Part shown: positions 10,701 to 21,872 of the stretch, piece by piece
Layout: every line of letters begins with the position of its first letter
Position numbering within the stretch: the first letter of the stretch is position 1
Source of the DNA: Strigamia acuminata
Taxonomy: Eukaryota
Length of the DNA stretch: 64,000 nucleotides
Reading direction: 5' to 3'
NCBI GenBank assembly: GCA_949358305.1
Contig: OX442314.1
Coordinates: 16,926,001-16,990,000 of the forward strand
The notes under the pieces: generated by a model
Told to the model about the DNA's origin: nothing
Databases searched by the model: none
The model's input: the letters and a program-made list of their open reading frames with translations, nothing else
Translations under genes and position numbers: made by a program

Positions 10701-12016
10701 TTTAGTGTCTATACTATACTCAAATCATTTTACTTGTTTAACTAATTTGTTAAACTACTTCACTGTTAACTTATTGAGAACACCTCTGACCGCGGAGTAC
10801 GACTTTTGTCCGAGTCTCAGACATGAGCATCTGAATCTCTGTCTAAGTCTTTCCGAATTCTACCTACATTTTTCCGAATTCTACCTACATTTTTCCGAAT
10901 TCTACCTACATTTTTCCGAATTCTACCTACATTTTTCCGAATTTTAGCTACATCTTTCCGAATTTTACCTACATCTTTCTGAATTTTTCCGAATTCTGCC
11001 TAAATCTTGCCAAATCTCTATTCAAATCTTTGCAAGTTTCTATCTGAATCTTTCAAAATGCCGCTAGAATCTGTCTGAATCCTGCCTGACTCCATACGAA
11101 TCCTTCCAAATTTGTGAGAATCTTTCAAAACCCAAAACCGAATTGAAAAAAAAGATTCGAATCTCTTGACATGCAGATTCTGATTGTCGTACCCCCCGCC
11201 TCTGATTCTCATATAAATCCTACGAATATTCAAAAAAAATAACAGGATGCAGTATAACAGAGAATAACATCGGGTACCCGTACCCGTACCCGTAACCGTA
11301 CCCGCCCGTACCCGTAGGGTACGGGCGGGTACGGTTATAGATCTCCCGCGACTCCCGGTTACGGGTCGGGTACGGGTACGTTTTTTGTTCGTTTTTTGTA
11401 CGTTTTTTGTCCTGCTGGCCACGTAATCGCGGGTACGGGTAGGGTAGGGTAGGGGGATTCCGGGATAGCCCGGGTACGGGCGGGTACGGGTACGAAATTG
11501 TTTCGGTGACGGGTAACGGGCGGGTAACGGGTAAACTTTTTTCGCCAATGTTATTCTCTGCAGTATAACTATGACTCAATTCCTTACCTCGGTCGTCAGA
11601 GTTTCGGTATCAGTATCTTTGCCAAGTTCGTGAGTAGGCCTCCATACATTGTCAGGCTTATCCAACAGCACATCGAGATTGGAAAATGATGTTTGAATAT
11701 TATTTTTCTTGATTAGATCGGCTATAAGTTCCTCTAACATTTTTTTGTGGCCTGGTTTAAACTTGAATTCTTCACAAAAATTGTAAAATATTCCATAGGC
11801 TTTGATACTTTTACGTGGTTCAACTTGCTTAATAATCTTTGCATGTTCAATTAAAAACACTTCAATTTCATTGACATCTGTTAATGAACTTAAACTATGT
11901 TCATTATCGTATCCAGTAATTTCTAAGCAAAAACGAACTTCTTCCGGCAGAAGTAATAATGTTTCCTTAAAACCCGAGTTGACAACGGCACCTTGATCTT
12001 GGTCTTCGTTGTCCAT
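4762..12016 (-). CDS. Chimeric, circularly permuted eIF4G gene A: novel N-term - eIF4E-binding motif - partial MIF4G - MA3 - MA3 - W2 - eIF4G N-terminal Q-rich region - PABP-binding motif (predicted)
   Basis: ATG at 12016. YDRSFLL at 10237-10257. In-frame fused exons at about 9910, 9205, 8005, 5915 and 5750. W2 reads through in ORF 5672-6094 ([25 protein letters not shown]...). Ends [20 protein letters not shown] at 4762. Requires skipping the MITE-disrupted exon at about 10660-11220. Confidence 0.55.
8875..8920. mobile_element. 32-bp palindromic micro-insertion with 7-bp TSD, in frame inside a coding exon
   Basis: GTCGGGA + CATAATAGTAAAAGA GG TCTTTTACTACTATG + GTCGGGA. Empty site at about 25365-25371. 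Adds 13 codons ([13 protein letters not shown]). Confidence 0.8.
10783..11206. mobile_element. hAT-like MITE with internal 21-bp minisatellite, inserted in a MIF4G exon copy
   Basis: 8-bp TSD CCTCTGAC/CCTCTGAT. Imperfect TIRs CGCGGAGTACGAC / GTCGTACCCCCCG. Internal (TTTTCCGAATTCTACCTACAT)n. Interrupts a DLY..VRG.LNKLT exon that also carries a TAG. Confidence 0.75.
11250..11568. mobile_element. 303-bp hAT-type MITE (GGGTAC-rich, fold-back), intronic
   Basis: Perfect 13-bp TIR CAGAGAATAACAT/ATGTTATTCTCTG (11258-11560). Perfect 8-bp TSD CAGTATAA. Clean empty site in the duplicate at about 27898-27905. Confidence 0.92.
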
Positions 12017-12360
12017 GACAAAAATCTAGATGGAGATGCTGTGGTAAACTTTCAACACGCACTCCTGGTCGTGTAGTCAGCCCCGTGTGGTGTCATATGA
12101 GCACAGATTAAGGGAATTCCCCTTATCCGTGCTCGTGACCACGCAACACAATGCCAGGAACGTTTCAGCGCCATCGTGTGGCAACGTTTGTCCCAACACG
12201 GAAAAACATTGTGATTACACTGCGCATCGAGAGGGAAAATCTGAAACAAATTCGAAAAAGACTTAAAAATTGGAAATCTAGATGTATTCTGAGATTTTAG
12301 ATTTAGTATGAGTTTAAAGATTTGCTTTCAAATTTTAACTATTTGCTTTCAGACATTAAA

Positions 12361-12651
12361 ATGAGCGTCCAACCCGCGGCCCCCAGGCCGCATGCGGCTT
12401 AGAATCGCTAGGGATGCGGCATTTAATTTTTTTTTATATTCTAGTGTTTGTTTTCTTTAGACAACAAACAGCATTGAAATTAGGATTATTATACGAGGAT
12501 TCTTTGCTTACCTGTGGTGGTGTATATCAAGAAAATTATGTATGGACTTTTTTTTTTGCTCATCAGCTATCGTCGGTGTATTTTATGTGTGGCCCAAACA
12601 ATTCCTCTTCTTCCAATGTTGCCTGGGAAGCCAAGATGTTGGACATCACTG
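12361..12651. mobile_element. hAT-Charlie MITE resembling MER30 (copy 1 of 4)
   Basis: Ends GTCCAACCCGCGGCCC..GGCCGCATGCGGC and GCTCATCAGCTATCGT..GTGTATTTTATGTGTGGCCCAA..TGGGAAGCCAA.A..TTGGACA.C.CTG. Empty sites at about 4220 and 13773. Family assignment is from recalled consensus. Confidence 0.7.
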
Positions 12652-12791
12652 CTTTAAAACTTTTGCTCAATTTTGCTCCAATTTGTAAGATTTTGTGGAT
12701 TTCCAGGATTTCATGAGCTTTGATTAATTTCAAAACTAGCTACTCTAGCTACATGTATTATATTTTAGTTTAATTCACCTTGGCCGCCACA

Positions 12792-12960
12792 TACAGTGGG
12801 GGGGCAAAACTAAATTAAGAAATGTGACATGTTGAATCTCATGGCTCTATCTCGGGGAAAAAAAGGAGAAAAACCAATAATGAAATTTTAACTGAATACT
12901 TGTCTAACATTCTGCTTTGTTCTCCTAAATTTTTTTTTTAAATCTATCCGTTAGTTCTGA
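12792..12960. mobile_element. Possible one-ended Tc1-like remnant (TA-CAGTGGGGGGGCAAAACT); also at about 19742, 29116 and 36065
   Basis: TA followed by a CAGT(G)nCAAAA terminus typical of Tc1-family TIRs. No matching second TIR found. Confidence 0.35.
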
Positions 12961-13039
12961 AGAAAAAAATTATTTCGTGAAGTGACATCAAAAATTAAGA
13001 GGCAAAAGTAAGTTAACAACTCTGTTAACCATCGAGAAA

Positions 13040-13262
13040 CATAACTATTCTCACCCCGAGAAACATTTCCTTGGTTTTTTTTTATTCTCGCAACAACATC
13101 TGCAGTCTCTCTTTCAAATTCCTTCTGGCATTTATTGAGCAGTAATTTATGAAATATCACGAAAGTTATTATCTTGATTTCTCATATATACTTTTTTCTT
13201 AGCTAAACATTTGCATAATTTGGCATAAGCAACACTGAAATTAAGTTTATGTAATGCCTACC
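13040..13262 (-). pseudogene. Orphan frameshifted MIF4G exon (AL.KLNFSVAYAKLCKCL...); copies at about 19990-20202, 29365-29585 and 36315-36525
   Basis: A +1 insertion after DNNF gives a premature TAA. There are no flanking eIF4G exons. Confidence 0.8.
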
Positions 13263-14815
13263 AAGACATTAACAGAACATCAATAATAATTCTACTTGGC
13301 AAAACAAATTAAAAATTTGCCCATCTGTGAATGTGTGAGGGATTTCGTTTTTGTGCCTGCTTATAGTGTAGTCTCGCAAGTAAACGGCGATTAAAAAGTC
13401 CTTCATTTTGACTCAATCAACGAATGAGGTCCACTTATTTAGTTATTTGAACACTATTATATATTTTCGGCTTGGCTCACCTTTTAGGAAGTGGAGGCTT
13501 TGCCTGAAAGCATTGGGATGACTGGAAGAGACCCCTCGATCTATTTTTCGTCTCAGCCTTTTTGAATTTCCTTATAAAAACTCAAACTGGCAGAAACCAC
13601 TTTAAAAAAAAAAACCACACCAGCCGTAGTTTTTGTTTCTGAAGTTTTTTGTGATCGTTTTCAGCTGTTTTTGATGCCTATTCTGTTACTTACAGAAACT
13701 TTCAATGCACACCTATTGAGATAAAGTAAGCTTTCTTAGATTTTCCTTCAAATTTTAATTATCTACCGTCAGACTCTAAAATTTTGCGCAATTTTGCTGC
13801 AGTTTTCATGAATTTATATGATTTTGGGTATTACATGAGATTTCATGGGTTTCATGATTTACAAAATCCAAATTCTTGACTCCTAAGATATCCACCATTG
13901 GCTATCCTCTCAGCTTTGATTCGTGTTTTATACTTAAAATTAATCGTGCTTTCAAATAAGGCTAGTGTCTGTTAAATTTGCATAATGCAAAATTACCGTA
14001 AACTTTTTTTTTTCCAGTTTTTATTTTATTGGTTATTGAACAACAAAGGTTTTGTCATACAATGTGCATTTACCCAATATTAAACCTAAAGCCAGACGCC
14101 CCACAAACTCAGCGATGCATTATATTATGTAATTCCCCATTATCTCAATTAATATAATAATAATATATGTAAATGAAAGAATAATTTTCTAGGAAAAAAG
14201 ATTTGAGGAGCTATAATGGATAAATTTATTTCATTTGGCTGATCACCTCAAATTTCCCTATTCCTGTGTTAGATTTCACCTCGCTATTGTACTTCTGCAA
14301 TCGAAATCTTGAGAAACAAATAGAACTCATGGTTAATACTTGGTTATAATATAATTTACACAAACGTAAATATAACTGGCTACTCTAGCTGCAATATACA
14401 AAACAATTGGCAATGCTTTTTTTTTTGTTGTATTCATGACAATATACAACTCGAGACTCCATTACAACATGCCTTTTTTATCAGTCACAATTTTGTTAAA
14501 GCAGTCCAAAGGCCAATTTAAGCCATTTTTCTTACCAAAAAAACAAGAAAAAATAAATTTTAATCGACTTAAAAATCATGCAGCCATCATAAGAAACAAT
14601 AATTAAAAAACAAAAACTGTAGTGAAAAAAAAAAAGAAAAAAAAAACACTTTCGGAAGAAAAAAAATAATACATATACGATTGTACCCTAAAATCCCCCC
14701 CTCCCCCTCGTTAGTGCGGCAGCAACGACGATGGGGTGGAGCAGCCAGTCGATGTTCGGAGCATAGGCCAGTAGATTTGATGGGTTGTGATTACTTTCTA
14801 AGGGGAAGCCATGAC

Positions 14816-15968
14816 TCAGCTTTGATCCAAAGTTTTTGGATTATTTTCGTCTCTTCTGGGAACCCAATTGTTCTGTCGCAAATCTGTGACATCTTGCAAC
14901 ATGAAACGAACTCTCGGCGATGCCTGTCGCTTATTAATGATTTCCTTCATCATTCGAAAGTAAGAGTTCATCTTATCATCCTACATAAAATAAATACCGC
15001 AATTAGAACACAACTTTTTTTAAACTGTAATTTAATTTCCACTTGCCACTGGTTCTTTATTATTGCTTTGGCTCTTCTCTGGATCAATGTCTTTTCCGAT
15101 AGTTGTTAACAATATGCAAAAACATTCTAATGAATGGTCATCTTCCTGATTGAGCAATTTTTTTAGACAATCATGTATGATGCTGGCAGTGAGCATGTGC
15201 AACTTAAAAAGTTCGCCAATAAATCTACGCGAAATAAAAGAAACATTATTTTCGACGATCAACACGATAAATTATTCAACAACCTTATATTCCCTAGCGA
15301 TCTCCTTTTCGCTTTTCTTTCCAAATCCTCCAATTCTTCGTCCAATTCACGTTTCTTAGCTTCATCCTATAACAATAACATTCGTTTCGTTATTCACATT
15401 AAAAACCCCCTAAATATTCTCACATCAGGAAACATTTCCTTGGCCCTCTTGATTCTCGCAACATCATCCGCAGTGTCTCTTTCAAATTCCTTCTGGCATT
15501 TATTGAGCAGTAATTTACGAAAGTACCGGTATACAAAGTGATTATCTTGATTTCCTGTAGGGACTTTTTTCATAGCTAGACACTTGCATAAGTCAGCAAC
15601 ACTGAAATTAGGTTCATCTAATGCCTGGCAAATAATTAACACAAAATAAACAATAATTCTACTTGGCCAACAAATAATTGCTTACTTTTTCAAACACTAA
15701 GTTAGTAACACCCATTAGCCTTTCTTCAGTGTCTATACTTAAATCGTTTACTTGTTTCGATAATGTGTTAAACTTCTCCTGTGTCAACTCATTGAGAATA
15801 TCTCCGACTCTTTTATATAAATCCTAAGAATATTCAAAAAAGTTAACACAATACAGTTTCCGAATAAAACGTATTCCTTACCTCGGTCTTAAGAGCCTCG
15901 GTGTCTGTATCCTTGCCAAATTTATGAGTACGCCTCCAAGCACCTTGATCTTGGTCTTCGTTGTCCAT
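14816..15968 (-). CDS. Stand-alone MIF4G minigene C1 (6 predicted exons)
   Basis: [10 protein letters not shown] fused in frame to [19 protein letters not shown]|, then [35 protein letters not shown] and [23 protein letters not shown]. The last codons and the 3'UTR come from the parental end (AGC TGA GTCATGGCTTCCCC). Confidence 0.65.
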
Positions 15969-16046
15969 GACAGAAATCTAGATGGAGATGCTGTGGTAAA
16001 CTTTCAACCCGCACTCCTGGTCGTGTAGTCAGCCCAGTGTGGTGTC

Positions 16047-16086
16047 ATATGAGCATAGATATAGATTACTATATCTATGATATGAG
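16047..16086. mobile_element. 26-bp palindromic micro-insertion with 7-bp TSD (duplicate at 32371-32410)
   Basis: ATATGAG + CATAGATATAG ATTA CTATATCTATG + ATATGAG. Empty sites at about 12095 and 28432. Confidence 0.8.
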
Positions 16087-16433
16087 CACAGATTAAGGGA
16101 ATTCTCCTCTTCTGTGCTCGTGACCACGCAACACAATGCCAGGAACGTTTCAGCGCCATCGTGTGGCAACGTCAAGATGTAGATGCTGTGGTAAACTTTC
16201 AACGAGCACTCCGGGTAGCAGTTGTTGTGGTTTTATTTAGTTTGATTATTTTAGATCTTTGAAATGATTTAAAATGACTAATATTTAATAATAAAATGTT
16301 TTTAAAAGTCTGGAAGCAATGTTTTAAGCTGTTACTTTTTCAAAATTCATGATTCGTCAGTTCGCTCAGTTTATCGGTTGTTATGTCAAGCTTGTTTTGA
16401 AATTTATGATCGATTATTCTGTTTGGACACAAA

Positions 16434-18516
16434 ATGGCTTCCCGCAACTCGAGTGTTTGCTCTCCGGATATTTCCAAAGTTTCTTCCCGCGACTCCAGTG
16501 TTTGCAGTCCATCTCCTGATCTTCTTGACTTTCTTCCAACTCCGGCACACAGTAGGCGCACACGTCGAGGTGGTGTCCACCTCCCGAAAATCCCCGTGGC
16601 TGAATTTAAGAAATTCGAGAAAGGTCGCCCCATTAATAGACAGGCAAAGCAGATTGTATTGAATTTATTTAATCAATTTTTTCATAAGCAACCTGAAGTT
16701 GGTTGTAAAGAGTTGATTAAACTTCTGTCAAATGTAACCGGTTTGGGAATTCAAAGCATACAGAAAATAAGAAGAGAGATGAATGATAAAGGTGAGTAAA
16801 AACATTGAAGTTTAAAAATAAAAATTAACACTTTCTTTTGGTTTAGGACAATTGAAAACACCAGGGAAGAAGAGGTGCGGTGATTTTCGGAAGCGTATGA
16901 ACAAATATGATTCGTTCACACAATCCGCTATTCGTGCGAAAGTGCACGAATTTTTCCGTAGAGGTGAGGTGCCCACACTGAAAAAGGTTGTAGCCAAAAT
17001 TCAGAATGATGAGACACTTCCGAGTTTAAGCAAAGAAGCATTACGTTTATTTCTACACGACATCGGTTTCAAGTTTATGAAACATAAAAGCAATGCAGCT
17101 TTAATTGAACGCGAAGACATAGTCGCTTGGAGAAGGAAGTATTTGCGTCAGATTAGCGGTTATCGCCGAGAAGGAAGAAAAATTTATTACATGGACGAAA
17201 CATCGGTTAATGCAGGTTATTAACTGAAATTATAATTTAATTTGAAATTTGAAATTAACTAAATGCTAATTCTTATTGTAGGTGAAAATGTAAGCAAATC
17301 ACACACAAATGGTTTTCTGAGTACTGGACTGAAACATCCCACACCCAAAGGAGGTAGGCATATTGTTGCTTACATTGGAAGTGACACAGGTTTCATCAAG
17401 AATGGTTTACTTCTTTTCAAGTAATTTAAATTACATTAATCTGGAAGTATTGTGTATTTAATTATTGTAATTACTTTTAGAGCTACCGGTAAGAAATCTG
17501 ATGATACCTACCACTCAAAGATGATCTCGGTAAACTTTATGAAGTGGATGGAAACTATTTTTCCAAACTTGGAAAAAGGCAGTGTGATAGTGATGGATAA
17601 TGCATCCTATCACACTGAAGAATTGGATCCAACACCCACAACTGAATGGCTTAAAGCCGATATCCAAAAATGGTGCATTGACCATAATGCACATTTTGAG
17701 GATAATTATGTAAAGGCTGAGTTACTGGAGGTATTCTATTTTAAAATATAACAATAATTTAATATATCATCAATACTTATTTATTATACTAGGTTGTAGC
17801 TACAATAAAAAACAATTTTGTCAGCTATGTCTTTGATTCCAGAGCCCAGGATTTAGGGTTCAAAGTTTTGCGCTTGCCTCCACACCACTCTTGCCTAAAT
17901 CCAATTGAAATGGTTTGGAGACAGGTCAATAATTGAATAAACTTGCTGCATCTAAACACAAAAGAAATTGTATTATAAAAAAAATAAAATTACAGGTTAA
18001 GCACCATGTTCGCTTTAACAACACCACATTTAAATTGCCACAAGTCAAACAACTGATGCGACAAGGGACTGTAGTAGTGACGTCCCAGCAATGGGAAAGT
18101 TATTTTTCGCATGTAAAAAGGAAGGTTTGTAAATTAATAATTCATATTCGTTCTTATCTTGTCTCATATACAACATTCTATTGAAGGAACAACAAATGTG
18201 GGATCAGGAAGAATTAATCAATGATGTAATGGAGCAATTCATCATTAACGCCGGGGATGATTCATCAAGTGATGAAGATTTATCAAGTGGTGAAGATTTC
18301 TCAGACAGCCAAGATAATGATGAAGACGCTACAACAACTGCAACAAACACAACTTGTCTCAATCCTTTCCTTCTGCAACGAATAAAAACCGAAGATTTAT
18401 CAAGTGATGAAGATTTCCCAGACAACCACGATAATGATGAAGATACTACAACAATTGCAACAAACACAACTTATGTCAATTCTTTCCTTCTGCAACAAAT
18501 AAAAACCGAATTTTGA
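16434..18516 (+). CDS. Intron-containing IS630-Tc1-mariner transposase, DD82E (Sailor-type), about 568 aa, copy 1
   Basis: Exons 16434-16791, 16847-17215, 17282-17420, 17481-17730, 17793-17924, 17996-18124 and 18187-18516 join with GT-AG in frame. Catalytic motifs YMDET, VMDNASYH and LPPHHSCLNPIE, with 82 residues between the second D and the E. Confidence 0.88.
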
Positions 18517-19359
18517 AATAACAAATAAATTTGGTATTACATCGATAATCTATGACAGACAGACCGGACTTCATGTCTTAAATTCATCACTTGAGTCAGT
18601 AATCTTTCGTCTCATTCGCGGACTTCGGGCGACAAATCTCCCGTTTCTGATTAAATAAAATTAATTTTTTTTTTTACTTTTGCTGACAATTTTCGTCTGA
18701 GCGCCCGTTGTTTTCTTCGATGGCTTTGTTGCCCACATCGTTAACACTTAAAATTCAAACAGAAATAAAACTGTACATCGATTGCAGTAACCTCAAATAT
18801 ATGAAAATAAATGCAAACAAAATGAATCGGTAAATTGATTATTACAATGACTTAATTAATTCCATAATTATGGTTCAGTGATTATTTTATAAAAAAGCCT
18901 GTACTCAGATCATCCTCTAATTCGAGAACAAATGTGCATCGGCCAGTATAAAAAGCTCTTCCTTCTACTTCAACAATTACTGCCGGATATTTTCCACACT
19001 TGGTTAGGTTGTGACGATTCTACTTTTGGCTGAATAATTAGCCATTACAAGAGATAAATCGGTTTAAACAAGACATTTCTACAACTAGAAATAACCTAAC
19101 CGAGATAAGCTACGGAAGTCTGTACAACGTGAATATGTGATCAAATATAATAACTTACGATTTTCGTGTGATATAATTACATGTTTATTAACATTACAAC
19201 TGGGTTGTGGTTCTGGATAAGCATCGAGAGGGAAAATCTGGATCAAATTCGAAAGACTTACTATACAAATTGGAAATCTAGATGTATCCTAAGATTTTAG
19301 ATTTAGTAAGAGTTTAAAGATTTTCCTTCAAATTTTAATTATCTGCCTTCAGACTTAAA

Positions 19360-19603
19360 ACGGGTGTCCAACCCGCGACCCCCAGGCCGCATGCGGCTTT
19401 TAATTTTTTTTAAATATATTCTAGTGTTTGTTTTCTTTAGACAGCAAACAGCATTGAAATTAGGATTATTATACGAGTATTCTTTGCTTACCTGTGGTGG
19501 TGTATATCACGAAAATTTTGTATGGACTTTTTTTTTTTGCTCATCAGCTATCGTCAGTGTATTTTATGTGTGGCCCGGGAAGCCAAGATATTGGACATCC
19601 CTG
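19360..19603. mobile_element. MER30-like hAT MITE, copy 2 (internally shorter)
   Basis: GGGTGTCCAACCCGCGACC... ...TTGGACATCCCTG, in the same flanks as copy 1. Confidence 0.7.
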
Positions 19604-21872
19604 CTTTAAAACTTTTGCTCAATTTTGCTCCAATTTGTAAGATTTTGTGGATTTCCAGGATTTCATGAGCTTTCATTAATTTCAAACTAGCTACTCTAGC
19701 TATTATATTTTAGTTTAATTCACCTTGGCCGCCGCGAGATATACAGTGGGGGGCAAAACTAAGTTAACAAATGTGACATGTTGAATCTCATGGCTGTATC
19801 TCGGAAAAAAAGGAAAAAAAACCAATAAAATTTAAACTGAATACTTGTCTAACATTCTGCTTTGTTCTACTAAAATTTTTATGAAAATCTATCCATTAAT
19901 TCTGGAGATAAAAATTATTTTGTGAAGTGACATCAAAAATTAAGAGGCAAAAGTAAGTTAACAACTCTGTTAACCATTGAGAAACCTAACTATTCTCACC
20001 TCTGGAAACATTTCCTTGACTTTCTTTATTCTTGTAACATCATCCGCAGCGTCTCTTTCAAATTCCTTGTGGCATTTATTGAGCAGTAATTTATGAAATA
20101 TCACGAAGTTATTATCTTGATTTCTCATATATACTTTTTTCTTAGCTAAACATTTGCGTAATTTGGCATAAGCAACACTAAAATTAAGTTCATGTAATGC
20201 CTACCAAGAAATTAACAGAACATCAATAATAATTCTATTTGGCAAAACAAATTAAACATTTTACCAGCTGTGAAGTGTGAATGTGTGAGGGATTTCGTTT
20301 TTGTCCCTGCTTATAGTGTAGTCTCGTAAGTAAACGGTGATTAAAGAGTCATTTTGACTCATTCAACGAATGAGGTCCACTTATTTAGTTATTTGAACAC
20401 AATTATATATTTTTGGTTTGGCTCACCTTTTAGGAAGTGGAGGCTTTGCCTGAAAACATTGTGATGACTGGAAAAGACCCACCTCGATCTATTTTTCGTC
20501 TCAGCCTTTTCGAATTTTCTTCTGAAAACTCAAACTGGCAGAAGCCACTTAAAAAAAAACCACACCAGCCGCAGATTTTGTTTCTGAAGATTTTTGTGAT
20601 CGTTTTCAGCTGTTTTTGATGCCTATTCTGTTACTTACAGAAACTTTCAATGCACACCTATTGAGATTAAGTAAGCTTTCTTGGATTTTCCTTCAAATTT
20701 TAATTATCTATCGTCAGACTCTAAAAATTTACGCAATTTTGCTGCAGTTTTCATAAATTTAGATGATTTTGGGTATTTTATGAGATTTCATGGGTTTCAT
20801 GATTTACAAAATCAAAATTGTTGACTCCTGGGATATCCACCATTGGCTATCCTCTCAGCTTAAGCTGACACATGCAACAAGAAAAAACTTACGCGAATAA
20901 ATCGTCACCGCTTTGATTCGTGTTTTATGCTTAAAATTAATCGTGCTGTCAAATAAGGCTAGTGTCTGTTAAATTTGCATAATGCAAGATTACCGTAAAC
21001 TTTTTTTTCAGTTTTTATTTTATTGGTTATTGAACAACAAAGGTTTTGTCATACATGTGTATTTACACCATATTAAACCTAAAGCCAGACGCCCCACAAA
21101 CTCAGCGATGCAGGACTATTGACCTGGCATGCATTATATTATGTAATTCCCCATTATCTCAATTAATATAATAATAATATATGTAAATGAAAGAATAATT
21201 TTCTAGGAAAAAAGATTTGAGGAGCTATAATGGATAAATTTATTTCATTTGGCTGATCACCTCAAATTTCCCTATTCCTGTGTTAGATTTCACCTCGCTA
21301 TTGTACTTCTGCAATCGAAATCTTGAGAAACAAATAGAACTCATGGTTAATACTTGGTTATAATATAATTTACACAAACATAAATATAACTGGCTACTCT
21401 AGCTGCAATATACAAAACAATTGGCAATACTATTATTTTTTTTTGTATTCACGACAATATACAACTCGAGACTCCATTATAACATGCCTTTTTTATCAGT
21501 CACAATTTTGTTAAAGCAGTCCAAAAGCCAATTTAAGCCATTTTGCTTATCAAAAAAACAAGAAAAAATAAATTTCAATCGACTTAAAAATCATGCAGCC
21601 ATCATAAGAAACAATAATTAAAAGACAAAAACTGTAGTGAAAAAAAAAAAGAAAAATAAAACAATTTCGGAAGAAAAAAAATAATATATATACGAGGTTA
21701 GACCATCCAATGTGATTGGCTGGTCGATCCATTTGATTGCACCCTAAAATCCCCTCCCTCCCCCTCGTTAGTGCGGCAGCAACGAAGATGGGGTGGAGCA
21801 GCCAGTCGATGTTCGGAGCATAAGCCAGTAGATTTGATGGGTTGTGATTACTTTCTAAGGGGAAGCCATGAC

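Noticed and set aside
11018..11579. Pro/Tyr/Gly/Arg-rich ORFs
   Set aside because: They arise from the GGGTAC repeats of the 303-bp MITE, which is absent from the duplicate locus.
13300..13740. Fourfold-repeated non-coding block, possible ncRNA or plus-strand exon (ORF 20437-20619)
   Set aside because: The ORF is broken by a stop in the 13.5-kb and 29.8-kb copies, and no recognisable RNA-gene motifs are present.
14681..15541. Plus-strand ORFs recurring in every duplicate (also 21771, 31005, 38061, 42184, 44364)
   Set aside because: Antisense shadows of eIF4G exons and 3'UTR. Their recurrence reflects duplication, not independent conservation.
16173..19220. Complete autonomous Tc1/mariner element boundaries
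   Set aside because: No inverted terminal pair or TA target duplication could be found, so only the transposase CDS is reported.
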